Both the position numbers and the translations under genes were made by a program. Shown here one piece after another: positions 11,847 to 24,075 of a stretch of 64,000 nucleotides of DNA (position 1 is the stretch's first letter; every line of letters starts with the position of its first letter). The notes beneath the pieces were generated by a model. The model searched no databases and was not told the origin of the DNA. It saw nothing but the letters and a program-made list of their open reading frames with translations. Source of the DNA: Oikopleura dioica (lineage: Eukaryota > Animalia > Chordata); assembly GCA_907165135.1 (NCBI GenBank), contig OU015568.1:6262001-6326000 (forward strand). Direction: 5' to 3'.

Positions 11847-12737
11847 TTATGGAACTCTATTATTTGCGCAATATAAATATCTAAGCCGTACCAAAATCAG
11901 AAGAGCGCAAGTACCAATAATGGTGATGATGGTAATAGTGACAATTCCAGTTTGAGTATTGAAAAAATTGATTGTTTCTGTAATTTCAGCGTTTTCAGCA
12001 GCATCAGCGACCCCTTTTGAATCTATTCGTGTATTCATATCCAATCATGAATGAAAAATACCTCTTCCAAAGTACCTCCCCCATCTTGTAATTCCGCAAC
12101 AGGCTCATCAACACCTGCTTGTGCTAGAATTTCATTCGAATTCGCAAAGTTAACGTTAACTTGTGATGAAACTTCTTGCCTCCTAAAAAAGGTTTTCTTT
12201 TATCGTTTTCAAGTTATTTTTACGTCTTTGAAGAGAGAAAGCTGCCAGTAATCTTCAACGGAGCAACAGTACTGCTTTTAGCAGTAGAAGCGGGTGTGGA
12301 GGTTTCAAGATCGTTTCTTAGGTCGAAAAGTTTCAAGAATGGATTTGACTCTTCCTCTTCTGGAAGTTCGCCGCAGCCCTCTTCAGTGGCAGTTTCCGGC
12401 TCTGCTGTTGTCGAAGTGATAATACTAGTTGTCGTTGTTGAACTGGTCGTGGTCGTTTCGACAGTCGAAGTCGATGTTGCTGTAGTGGAGCTGGAGGTTG
12501 TAGTCGCTGTGGGTTTGATTGGCTGTACTTGAGTATTTCCGAAACTCACGATGCATTCAGAAAAGAGCGTTCCTGTAGCAATATCTTCAACGCAAAAACA
12601 GTAGTGAACTGCCTTCGTCCTTCGCCATCAAGGCCATTTAAACTCGTGACATTTGAAAAGTTGAATTCGTAGCGATTTTTGGCATGGACCAGGACAAGAA
12701 AACTCTGGAAAAAGAATATTCTGAAGAAGGGAGACAT
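11847..12737 (-). CDS. Mucin-like type I membrane protein (signal peptide, Thr/Ser-rich stalk, TM)
   Basis: ORF 12546-12737 has a signal-like N-terminus, 12220-12549 has poly-Thr runs, and 11847-12044 has TM GIVTITIITIIGTCALLILV followed by basic residues. Confidence 0.55.
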
Positions 12738-13574
12738 TCTTGCTTTTTTAAATTTAAGGCGAAGAAGGCGGCTGCTTTTTGTTGATTTTTCACGTTATAC
12801 ACGTAGTTTTATGGGTTTGACACGCTTTCGTAAAAAGCCAGTTTCAGTTCGCAGATTGCATAAAAGAGTCATTCTGAAATTATTTGCATATTTTTGCGCA
12901 TTCGAGTTTGTTACTCATTCAGTTTTTATCATCATTTTTGCGGCTTTCTTTAAAACGGGTCGCAGTTGCCAGCGGCCGCGGTTTTTACGAACGTGTCGAC
13001 CGGTGCCCCGCTAAGCCTCGTTGCAAATAAACGCCACTTGTTGGCGCCAAGAGCTGCTCCACCACCAGCGTCATACCTTACCGCGTTCGTCGGTGCTCTG
13101 CCGAACGCCCCACGTGATTTTATTTCGCCTTATTCAACTACCACACCAAAATTATGCCTCGAATGCACCATGCCGCTATTCAAAGAAGTTATTTGAAAAT
13201 TAAGGGTGTCACTACATCAACTGTTTTTCAGCTTTGTTTAGAAAAAGCCCTCTAAATTGCGGATAAACCCGCTTTTAACTCGATACTCCGCATGTGGCTT
13301 TCGCAAGTTGCAACAAAACTCCACGAGCTAATCCTCCTCTCTCACAAAAACCCTGCTTCTCCGCCCTTTTCTCACTCATTCTATTTTTCAAATAGAATGC
13401 GTCCCTTTTTTATGTGTTTGAAAAATAATTGCTCGATGGCCCAATTTGGGCATTTTTCAGTGGCATTTTGGGTCAACGAGAAAGAGATAGATTTCAGCTC
13501 TCAAGCAGCGTTTTGAACTCTTTTTTGGGTTCAAATGATGGCTTGGGGCTTCTAACACGCGTTCTTGCTTTTTA

Positions 13575-15089
13575 GAGAAATGCAGCTGCAAGAGCAAAAA
13601 CGTGATAGGCACGTTCAAGCTGAAGGGAGAGACGAACTTCGAAACCAAGTGCTTGGGAACGTTCAAAAATGAAAAAGGCGTCAAATTCGATCGCTGGCAA
13701 GTTGCCTGCTCCAATCTCAACGAGGTTTGTTGATAAACGCCTCTCGGTTTTTTCGCCACCGGGAAAGGCAAATCTTTCGAAATTAAGACTCAGGCTTCTC
13801 CCTGCTCTTAGTTCAGGATCCTGTGTAGAAAACCTGAGTCAGGGTCCGAAAGATCTTCAACGAAAAACAAAGCCGCTTACTTTGCGGCTTCGGTTAAAAG
13901 AAAGCCGCGTAGCGGCTTTTCGTTAAAGATTTTTCTGACCCTGACTCGGGTTTTCTCCACCGATTTCTGAGCTCAGTCTCTTTCATGAGTTCTTCCCTAC
14001 TGTTAGGACTCTCCTTAGGAAGCTCAAGAAAGATTCAACTTAGAAGCGATTAGATTTTCGATCGAGTCAGCAAGGCATGCCGCATGCCCCTTTGTCCAAT
14101 TTCCCCGCTCTTTCATGTCAGAAATCTCATTTCCAAAAGAGCATGAAATCGGCATTTCGCTGTGGGAAGGTTGCGCATGACGTCAATTCTGACCAATTCC
14201 AACCCAAACTGCCCTCTTTTTCCAGCCATTTCTTCCCTTTTTCTTTTCAGAGAGCTGACTTTGTGCCCAAAGTCTGGCCGTTCAAAGATGGCTCTGGCAA
14301 TTCCATCGTTCACGTCAAGCAGCCACCATCAGACAAGACTTGCAAAAAGGGCCTGGCGAAGATTTTTAAGCGAAATCGAGTGATCAGATGCGAACATGAC
14401 GAGAGCAAGCTGACGGGCTGCCAGTGCGGCGAATTTAAAGACGGGTAAAATCACTCCAATCCCTTCTTTTTCAATGATTTCTAGTATTTCGAAATCGATG
14501 AACACGGCGAAGCAGGAAAAATTGGCCTTGACCGCGACTTGTGCAAATACAGAATCAGCTGAGAGCGAGATCGAGACTTGGAAACTTCACTGTGATTCGA
14601 ACGGAAACGGAGTCATCGATAATGATGAGGAGGCAAAGACCGTCTCGGTCAATACTAAAGCAAATGAGTTCTATTGCAAAGGTACGCAAAGACCAGAAAA
14701 GATATTCTTTCATCGAAAATTAGTGAAAAAGACGATCTCGGAAGGACTAAAATGCTCAAAACCAGCTGGAGCAACCTGCTTGTGCGACGATTTCTGGGAC
14801 CATTTCGACTACGAAGTCGACTTTAAAAAAGAGCACAAAAAGGGCATCAAGATTGTGACTGAATGCGTCAGCGGAAGTTTTCGCATGACACTTGGAAAAT
14901 CACAGCAGAAAAGGATGGAAAAGAATGTGGTATTTCGATGGTGAAGAAACTCAAGCACGACAATGAAAAGGTAAGAAATCGAGAATCATTTTTACGTTCA
15001 ATTTTCAATTTTCAGGAGCGATGTTTGAGCAAATTAAAGAGCGACATCAAGACTTTCGTCAAAGAAAATAATATTGCTAAGTTCTGTTA
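13575..15089 (+). CDS. Multi-exon protein with repeated Cys-containing modules (CxC...C...W-x3-C), probably secreted, family unknown
   Basis: Frames CSCK...TKC...RWQVACSN, CQC...ATC...TWKLHCDSNGNG and CLC...TEC in 13580-13720, 14250-14445 and 14500-14940. The start codon was not found. Confidence 0.45.
13820..13960. mobile_element. MITE family A (TIR CCTGTGTAGAAAACCTGAGTCAGGG) with two internal AAGCCGC hairpins
   Basis: Inverted terminal repeats; same termini as five other copies in the window. Confidence 0.8.
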
Positions 15090-15550
15090 AAAACTCCCTT
15101 TTCCTGATGTACTTATTGTAACTCAAACTTTTCGCAAAAAGCAATATGCTCAAGTTCATTTCCCATTTTTATATATTTTTTCATCTTTATGTGCTGGTCA
15201 TTTCCTGATAATAAAAACAAGTGTGGTCTACACTACAACGTATTATTCTAGTGCAAAGGTAGTCTGGAAAGCTGTCTCCTTGAATCTAGGAGTCCTAGAT
15301 ATTCCCAGAGGCAAGATTAATGTTTTTGTCGATCTTTGGAACTAAAAACACTATATGAATTTTGATGGGTGCAAATTTGAGAGGGTTTAGCGAAATAAAA
15401 GCTTGCATCATTTGGCTCCAAAGGGCCCTGAAGGCAGTTTTGCTTGGTGGCAAGCTCGAATGCATGTTCAGCAGAGTGCTGGGAGAGCGCTTTGCTCGGC
15501 GCGATTTCGCCGCCGCTAGGGAAGGTAGGGCAACTCCTTAACGTAGGCAT

Positions 15551-15805
15551 TGAAGGGATCCTAGCTTCTGCTGAATCTCCCACTTCTAGCGTAGTTTGCC
15601 TGCTCTCTATATCTGGACGAGTGAAGAAAACGAGTAAAGTATCTTGACGTCTGTATTTCGAGCTGGAGTAAAATAGAGGTTAATTCACGAACTGCGTGAA
15701 TTACCGAATGAAGAGAAATACACGGCGGCGACCGAGCAAAGCTCGATATAGATAAGCAAGTGACCTTAGGGGACGAGGGAGTCTAACGAATCTAAGATCC
15801 CAATA
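15551..15805 (-). repeat. 3' LTR of copy 2 (255 bp), containing a 9-bp-stem hairpin at 15681-15703
   Basis: Bounded by the TSD on one side and GGGGG (PPT) on the other. TAATTCACG/CGTGAATTA inverted repeat. Confidence 0.93.
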
Positions 15806-15810
15806 CCCCC
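15806..15810 (-). promoter_or_regulatory. Short polypurine tract (GGGGG) abutting the 3' LTR
   Basis: The G5 run immediately precedes the LTR start TATTGGG, both here and in the inverted copy (22051-22055). Confidence 0.65.
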
Positions 15811-16111
15811 ATGAGACTGAAACGTCCTCTAAGGCCAAAGTGTGTGATTTTTGCAGGAGTATAAGCGTAAGATGAGTAACATGGCAGGTTCGAAACGTCG
15901 AGGCAGTCTGATTCGCGTTAAAAACCCTTTTTGGGAAAAAGCTTGAATCAGATGCGAAGTTTTCGTGATGTCCGAGCGGTGATGACATGAAGGAGTAGCT
16001 GCACATGTAGAAGAACTCAAAATACGTCGGCGACGGTAAACTGTGATAATTTCCGTACCTTTTCAGGCCCCGGTCGATGAATAGGGGACCTGAGTGGGGC
16101 AGTACTTGCGC

Positions 16112-19100
16112 TTAGTCGTATGACTGACCCGAGTTTGTGCCGATGTTTAGAGGTTCGACGGGCCTCGTTTCACGGTGTGCTCGTTTTGTATGTTTCGGGA
16201 GATGAGCTGCTCCAACTTCGGTTAAAGTCGCATTCGGATCGGCGCCGGCTGAGTATTGACGATCTGGTGAAGACTTTGGACGGGTTCTTTTCTTGCTGTT
16301 TTCAGTTGCTGAGCCCTCAACTACTGTTGAATTATGTTTATCGACTGACATATGGCTATTGTCGGGCGCAGCAACCTCCGAAATCACTGTAGCATCAGCT
16401 GACATGTCCTCGGCAGTTTCATAAAGAGTACCACCAGAGTACCAGCGATCTGACGGCTCGGCTGGAGCTACCGACGAGTCCAAAATAGATGTAGCGGTTG
16501 TATCTCCCAGATTTTCCATGTCCAATCGGCGTCTACTTTCCAAAATAGGTGATAGAGATGATCTTGGCGGTTTTTCCATAGCAACCATCGGAGTCGACGC
16601 GACCTGAGAAGATTTCCTCCCCCCATGCGACTTCGACCCGGACTTTTCCATCGGTTTGGAAGTAGGAACAGGCGATTTTTGTGGGACTTTCGACTTAACG
16701 ATTTCGGTTAAATGTGGGAATACGTACTCGGCCTCGTAGTAATCAATCCAGCGTAAGTCGTGATTTCGTTCTGCGGCGTGAACCACGTGTTCTCGATGGA
16801 TGAAATCACGTTGTCCTTTTTTATCTTCGACCATGACGACCCAGTCGTTGCTCGAAACGGCTTTCAGGGGACCTACCCAGCGTTCCTTCTTGCTTTTAGC
16901 GTCGGTCAGGTTTTCTCGCTTAATGTACACGACAGCGCCAGCGGGGATTGGTCTCGGCTTAGGCTCGTTTTTCAGCCTGTGCTCCATGGCTCGGTCAGCA
17001 GCTTCCATCGCAGTTTTCACAATGGCTTCCGCCGATTTCGCTAAAGCTCCCACATTGAGACCAAACACCTGAGGTGTTTCCGCTGTCATTTCTGCGCCAG
17101 TAGAGTGGGTGAAAGTACTTTTTCGGCCAAACCAAACTTCTCGCGGTGAAATTTTCGTGCTTTTGTTTTTCACACTATTGAGCGCGCGCATCACGTGGGG
17201 AACGCAGTCGGCCCAAGTTTTTCGACCGGAAGATGAGTTGACCATGCAGAATAGACTGTTTTTGATAGTCCGATTCGCTCTTTCTGCGAAAGCGTTTGAT
17301 TGAGGGTGAAATGCGGTACTTATTGTATGTTTTATCTGGTTAAGCTTACACATTTCGTCAATCACGCTTGCGCAGAAGTGGGTACCTCTGTCACTGTGTA
17401 GATGTTTCGGCAAGAAATCCATGGGAAGGAAGACCTTGTAGATGAGCGCTTTTGCAGCGCAGATAGCAGTGTCGGACCGCGTCGGAATGCACCAAGTGTA
17501 GCGAGAGAAAGTGTCCGCCACCACCAAATAATACTTGAATCCGCCAGCGGGAGGCATACAAGCGAAATCGATCTGAATCGATTCGCCAGCTGTTTTTCCA
17601 CGACGAAGGGTTCCAAGTGGCGGTTTGGTACGAGTTCCAGCAGATCCTTTTCTGCGTAGGCAAGGGACGCAGCTGTGGACGTAGTTAGAAACATCGTCTT
17701 GAAATGAAGGCCACCAAACGTCCTCTAATCGCTCTAAAGTCCGCGGCTCGCCCAGATGACCGGACAAGTCGTGAGCTAGAAAGAGAAAGTGACTTTTTAC
17801 CGCTTCCGGTACCACCGCCCGCGCGCCAGATTTGAATTGACACATCAAGCACCCGGTAGTGTTATCCAGGAACAGAGCTTTTTCCATCTTGAGTAGAGAC
17901 GATTGTCGGTGGTCGGAGTCCTTCACCAGCGATTTTATGTCCAGTGGCTCCTTACCAGATTCCAGAAAAGTGATGATTGCACTCAGAGCAGAGTCCTCCC
18001 TTTGATAGTCCAGAATGTTATTATAATTCGCTGACACCAACGGAATCTCCATTGGCGCCGCGATAGCCTTGACGTTTACCTTATGTATCTTCACCTCTGA
18101 TAAAGTGATTTTCTCCGGAAACTGATTTTCGTTCCAGAAAGGGACGAAGACACGTACTGGTGAATTCTTGTCGATTTCGTACTCGCGACCAACGGGAAAC
18201 TCAGAGTCGTATCCAAGTGATTTGTCGTCCTCGCCAGGTCTGCGGCTCATAAAATCGGCGAATTGATTTTCTGATCCCTTGATGTAGACAATGTGAAAAT
18301 CGAATTCTTCCAATCGGCTTTGCCATCGGCTTATTTTAGAATTCTTGAACTTCTTTTTGTGTAGGAAGATCAAAGATCGGTGGTCTGTGTGAATCTGAAA
18401 GAATCTACCTTTCAGGAGCTTTTCCAGTCGCTCGCAGCACCAGACAATGCTAAACATTTCCTTTTCTGAAGTGTTCCATTTTCTTTCAGCTTTGTTGAAG
18501 GTGTGGGAAATCGCGCTTACTAGGTGCACTCTCCCGCCATACTCTTGTAGCAGAACACCACCCGCTGCGTACAGGCTCGCGTCTGTGTAGAGGTGAAAAG
18601 ACTCGTCAAAGTTAGGAAAGCTTATGACAGGAGTCTCGGAGAGTCGTCGTTGAATTTCCTTGAGCGCCAAATCCGCTTCTTTGGTCCACTTGAAACAATT
18701 TGTTTCGTTCGCCGAATTTCGAACATCGTTTATGGGTTTCATTCTGCTCGAGAAGCAACCGGATGAAATAGCTTCGCCCATTTTCGTTTCTAGAAAACCT
18801 CGGATCCAATTCAATGACCCGATTAATGAAGCTAACTCCTTTTGGGAGCGTGGGGGTTTCATCTGACGAAGGGCGGAGACTTGCGCAGGGTCCGGTTTGA
18901 TTCCTTCTTCGTTGATGATTCGGCCCAAAAAGTGAGCTTCTGATTGTAGGAAAGAGCACTTTTCGCCCTTGAGTTTAGCGTTAAACTTGCGGAGCGCGAT
19001 GAATAGGTTTCGGAGAGTGTTGTAATAGCAGCTGAAAGACTTCCCAAAACATACTATGTCATCGATATAAGAAAGCATCTTCTTCCTGGTGGGGCTTGAG

Positions 19101-21265
19101 TCGAGAATCGTGTTTACGACGCGCGAGAATATATTCCCCGAGCATCGATAACCGAAAGGTAATCTGCAGAAGGCGTAAGATTTCCCACCCCACTGGAAGG
19201 AAGTCTTATACCTATCGCTTTTCTTAATAGGGCACTGCCAATATCCGCTCCGCAAATCAACTGTGGCGAAATACTTGTTGCCCGGTCCAATGTTCGCGAT
19301 CGTATCCTCCATGCTCGGAAGATGATATGGGTCGGATTTGTCGGAGAGGCATTTGTTCAAGCTGTTCTTGTAGTTGATGCAGAAGCGCATTTCCCCAGAT
19401 TTCTTAGGGATTGGCAGAACGGGGCTATTAAACCCTTTCTGGTCCTTGATCTCTTCTATTATTTTCGTATCGAGCAGTTCGGAGATGTGATCAGTGACCT
19501 GGCCATGAAAAGCTTGCGGAATAGGGTGTTGACTGATGTTTCGACTCGTACCATCAGTCGGGATTTCGATCTCGAATGGGAATTCACCCATTTTTTGACC
19601 GTCGCAGCCGAATCTGTCGTCGAAATCCAAACACAGCTCGGCGACCACCTTCTTTTGCCCCGGGTCGGCGTTTGCTGGTAGGGTAATTCCGAGTTTTTGC
19701 TTCGCTAGCTGAATGGGGCACCTGGCTGCGTTCTTGTTAGGTGCGTCCAGCTTTGGGACTTTTGGTGGCGGTTGAGTGCGGGATCGATCGCTATCCTTGA
19801 CCGCTGATCTAGTAGTCAAGTATTTCTTGATTTTGGTCCGCTTCACTCCGTCCAGCTTCACCACTTGAGTCTCAGTTTGTGTGAAGGCTTCGTTGTAGCA
19901 AAATGAGAGAGTACGATTCTTATTGTCGACTGTGAAGCTGTCCGTCATCGCATTCTCTAGTATATCGCGGCCCAGTAGACTTGGGTATTTACTGCCTGGC
20001 ATAATGGTGAGATTCAGGGAGAATGCAGGGCCACCATTGAATGATAAGCGGCAGGGAAGGATACCCATCGGCTGCTCGGCGGGAATATTTGGGCTGAAAC
20101 CGGTGACCTTGAAGGGACAGGGCTTCAGCATCTGGAGAAATTCGTCGGGAACGTAAGCAGCGGACAGACAGGAGGACTCGGCTCCGCTGTCGACTTCCAT
20201 CGATACGTCAAAACTTTTAGAGCCCGTAATGATGGTAGCCGAAGCGAAATAAGCCTTTCCTGGTCGCTTCTTCTTCACTGTGTAAAAGTGAACGTCGAAT
20301 GGTTGGAAATCTTCAACGTTCTTAGTCGTATTTATCTTCTTGGATTCTGGTTGTTTATCGTCTTTCCCATCCTTAGAATCGTTGCTGGCGCGCTTAGCAT
20401 TCTTCTTCTTTTTGTTCTTATTTCTGTTGAAGTGCTGGGAGACGGTCGCGCTGTCAACTCGATTCTGTCTTGTGGATTGGGCGAGACGGCAGAGTTCGTT
20501 GATATCGTAAACTTTTGATAGGCTTGGAAGGATTGCGTTGAAAACGTCTGGTTCTTCTTTCCTAAGATTCAAGTACAGCATCATCGTCGAGAATATGTCA
20601 AATATTTCATCGACCCCGGCGTCGGCTGACTTCTCTTGTCGGTAAGAGTTCAAAGTCGCTTGCTTCGCCTCGTTCATCTTTTGCAAGACGTTGGCGGTGT
20701 AGTGTGCAAACGGCTTCGAATGGTCGTATTCGACGTCGAAAACTTCGCTTAGCTTCAGTAAGTAGTGACTCTTCGCGGCGAATGATTTCTCTAGCAGCGC
20801 CTTGGCCGATTTCCAGTCTTGACAATTCAGAAATTCGGTTCCAAGTGAGCGTTCGATGTTCAAGTCGAAGTGGCTGTACACTGCTGCGATGAAAGGCTGT
20901 TCACGTGAAGGTCTGTCGCGGACGTAGGCGCGGTGATAAATGTCGGCTCTGCCCAAGAAGGTGTTGAAAGATGTGTTGCATGCGGCGTCCAGCTTCGGCA
21001 AGTCTTGGACGTGACGAGACCAGGTAGTGGCCACCCATGCTTCTTCTCTCATTGTCGCATTCGTAGAGTCTTTTCCTTGATCGAGCTCGCAGGTAAGAAG
21101 CGTTGTACTGAGCTGTTCTAATTTTACTCTGCTTTCTGTGATCAAGGGCTCTAGGCTTGGCTTTAGTGATTCGTCATTTCGCACTTGTTCTTCGAGGTAG
21201 TTTACTCGATCGTTTATGCTTCTTATTTCGGTGACGGTTTCTAGCAGTGATTTGTTCGCCGCCAT
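16112..21265 (-). CDS. Gag-Pol polyprotein (1717 aa, single ORF): Gag, aspartic protease, RT, RNase H, integrase, Ser-rich C-terminal extension
   Basis: DSG protease motif, YIDD, LYTDAS...EKE...TDH, HHCC zinc finger, QIDF / HSDRG / AERANR triad, GPL motif. No CCHC in Gag and no chromodomain seen. Confidence 0.97.
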   Translation of the reverse strand: MAANKSLLETVTEIRSINDRVNYLEEQVRNDESLKPSLEPLITESRVKLEQLSTTLLTCELDQGKDSTNATMREEAWVATTWSRHVQDLPKLDAACNTSFNTFLGRADIYHRAYVRDRPSREQPFIAAVYSHFDLNIERSLGTEFLNCQDWKSAKALLEKSFAAKSHYLLKLSEVFDVEYDHSKPFAHYTANVLQKMNEAKQATLNSYRQEKSADAGVDEIFDIFSTMMLYLNLRKEEPDVFNAILPSLSKVYDINELCRLAQSTRQNRVDSATVSQHFNRNKNKKKKNAKRASNDSKDGKDDKQPESKKINTTKNVEDFQPFDVHFYTVKKKRPGKAYFASATIITGSKSFDVSMEVDSGAESSCLSAAYVPDEFLQMLKPCPFKVTGFSPNIPAEQPMGILPCRLSFNGGPAFSLNLTIMPGSKYPSLLGRDILENAMTDSFTVDNKNRTLSFCYNEAFTQTETQVVKLDGVKRTKIKKYLTTRSAVKDSDRSRTQPPPKVPKLDAPNKNAARCPIQLAKQKLGITLPANADPGQKKVVAELCLDFDDRFGCDGQKMGEFPFEIEIPTDGTSRNISQHPIPQAFHGQVTDHISELLDTKIIEEIKDQKGFNSPVLPIPKKSGEMRFCINYKNSLNKCLSDKSDPYHLPSMEDTIANIGPGNKYFATVDLRSGYWQCPIKKSDRYKTSFQWGGKSYAFCRLPFGYRCSGNIFSRVVNTILDSSPTRKKMLSYIDDIVCFGKSFSCYYNTLRNLFIALRKFNAKLKGEKCSFLQSEAHFLGRIINEEGIKPDPAQVSALRQMKPPRSQKELASLIGSLNWIRGFLETKMGEAISSGCFSSRMKPINDVRNSANETNCFKWTKEADLALKEIQRRLSETPVISFPNFDESFHLYTDASLYAAGGVLLQEYGGRVHLVSAISHTFNKAERKWNTSEKEMFSIVWCCERLEKLLKGRFFQIHTDHRSLIFLHKKKFKNSKISRWQSRLEEFDFHIVYIKGSENQFADFMSRRPGEDDKSLGYDSEFPVGREYEIDKNSPVRVFVPFWNENQFPEKITLSEVKIHKVNVKAIAAPMEIPLVSANYNNILDYQREDSALSAIITFLESGKEPLDIKSLVKDSDHRQSSLLKMEKALFLDNTTGCLMCQFKSGARAVVPEAVKSHFLFLAHDLSGHLGEPRTLERLEDVWWPSFQDDVSNYVHSCVPCLRRKGSAGTRTKPPLGTLRRGKTAGESIQIDFACMPPAGGFKYYLVVADTFSRYTWCIPTRSDTAICAAKALIYKVFLPMDFLPKHLHSDRGTHFCASVIDEMCKLNQIKHTISTAFHPQSNAFAERANRTIKNSLFCMVNSSSGRKTWADCVPHVMRALNSVKNKSTKISPREVWFGRKSTFTHSTGAEMTAETPQVFGLNVGALAKSAEAIVKTAMEAADRAMEHRLKNEPKPRPIPAGAVVYIKRENLTDAKSKKERWVGPLKAVSSNDWVVMVEDKKGQRDFIHREHVVHAAERNHDLRWIDYYEAEYVFPHLTEIVKSKVPQKSPVPTSKPMEKSGSKSHGGRKSSQVASTPMVAMEKPPRSSLSPILESRRRLDMENLGDTTATSILDSSVAPAEPSDRWYSGGTLYETAEDMSADATVISEVAAPDNSHMSVDKHNSTVVEGSATENSKKRTRPKSSPDRQYSAGADPNATLTEVGAAHLPKHTKRAHRETRPVEPLNIGTNSGQSYD

Positions 21266-21765
21266 AGCTCGAAATATATCGGCAGTAAGGGTTTATGGGC
21301 CTTGGATTACCTTTCAGGCCCTCAGAAAATACTGCGACTAAAAGTCGCAATATGATGAGCTGAGGTGCCTTTTGCGCAAACGCCCGACGATTTCTCTGTC
21401 CAGCGATTGTCGAAATTTCAAGGTCTGGTCCAAGGGTCGATTCTTCGTAAACTTCTCTCGATTTTTGGTGAAAAGTGGCGAAAGAATTATGTTTTTCTCA
21501 GTATTTTAGGTTTTCCCCGGCGTGCGTGCGTGGTTGCGTGGGCGCGACTTTCGGCGCGTGGGTCGTGGTGGCGCTCGTGCGGTGGCGCTCGCTCGGGGTG
21601 GTGTTGGTGTGGTGCGGAAAATTCTCTGAGTGGAGTTTCTCCGGCGGCGCGGTGGCGGTTGGTGATTCGGTTCCCCTCGACTCCGCTGACGGCCAATCAG
21701 CGTCCAAGTTGCGAAACTTCGGTTGTCGATGGCGGAAAAATTTATCTTTTCTCCAACGGGACTAC

Positions 21766-21775
21766 TCTGATACCA
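21766..21775 (-). promoter_or_regulatory. PBS of copy 2 (TGGTATCAGA, one G>A change versus copy 1)
   Basis: Same position as in copy 1, 1 nt after the U5 end. Confidence 0.75.
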
Positions 21776-21826
21776 CTGAAGGGATCCTAGCTTCTGCTGA
21801 ATCTCCCACTTCTAGCGTAGTTTGCC

Positions 21827-22330
21827 GTCGCCGACGTATTTTGAGTTCTTCTACATGTGCAGCTACTCCTTCATGTCATCACCGCTCGGACATCACGAAA
21901 ACTTCGCATCTGATTCAAGCTTTTTCCCAAAAAGGGTTTTTAACGCGAATCAGACTGCCTCGACGTTTCGAACCTGCCATGTTACTCATCTTACGCTTAT
22001 ACTCCTGCAAAAATCACACACTTTGGCCTTAGAGGACGTTTCAGTCTCATGGGGGTATTGGGATCTTAGATTCGTTAGACTCCCTCGTCCCCTAAGGTCA
22101 CTTGCTTATCTAGATCGAGCTTTGCTCGGTCGCCGCCGTGTATTTCTCTCCATTCGGTAATTCACGCAGTTCGTGAATTAACCTCTATTTTACTCCAGCT
22201 CGAAATACAGACGTCAAAGATACTTTACTCGTTTTCTTCACTCGTCCAGATATAGAGAGCAGGCAAACTACGCTAGAAGTGGGAGATTCAGCAGAAGCTA
22301 GGATCCCTTCAGTGGTGTCAGAAGTGGGAT
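21827..22330 (+). repeat. Inverted block within the 5' LTR: 229 bp 3'UTR+PPT, full LTR (22056-22311), 18-nt tRNA-Leu complement (22313-22330)
   Basis: Reverse complement of 15551-16034 followed by TGGTGTCAGAAGTGGGAT. Flanked by LTR remnants 21777-21826 and 22332-22383. Confidence 0.92.
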
Positions 22331-22583
22331 GAAGCAAGTGACCTTAGGGGACGAGGGAGTCTAACGAATCTAAGATCCCAATAGCATGCAGTCGCTGCCT
22401 GCCCTTCGCTCAAGGCTTCGATTACGTTGGCCACATGGTGGAGTCCGAAGATCGACGCCGATCTTGGTGGTGCAGCACCGCCACCTTCTTTTATTTCGAC
22501 TCAAAAGAAAGAATTATCCATTTGCGCCTCATTCTACTAACTACACTCCTTCTTCACGAGTTCTTAATCTTAAAAAAGGGAAA

Positions 22584-24075
<1,492 letters not shown>

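Larger units (their letters stand above)
15551..22383 (-). mobile_element. Full-length Ty3/Gypsy LTR retrotransposon, copy 2, with rearranged 5' LTR
   Basis: 4-bp TSD GCAT (15547-15550 and 22384-22387), 3' LTR 15551-15805, PPT, intact gag-pol ORF, PBS. No env ORF in the ~300-bp 3' UTR. Confidence 0.96.

Noticed and set aside
15806-16111. env gene, as in some Tor elements
   Set aside because: Only ~300 bp separate the pol stop from the 3' LTR, and there is no signal/TM ORF.
21766-21776. PBS TGGTATCAGAG suggesting an initiator tRNA-Met primer
   Set aside because: That match is to the plant-type iMet 3' end. Copy 1 has G at that position and the captured 18-mer is tRNA-Leu, so a point change is simpler.
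217-21790. Many short + strand and alternative-frame ORFs over the two retrotransposons
   Set aside because: Antisense or frame shadows of gag-pol, duplicated only because the element is duplicated. No independent motifs.
22313-22330. tRNA gene
   Set aside because: Only the complement of the last 18 nt including CCA is present. There is no cloverleaf and no A box.
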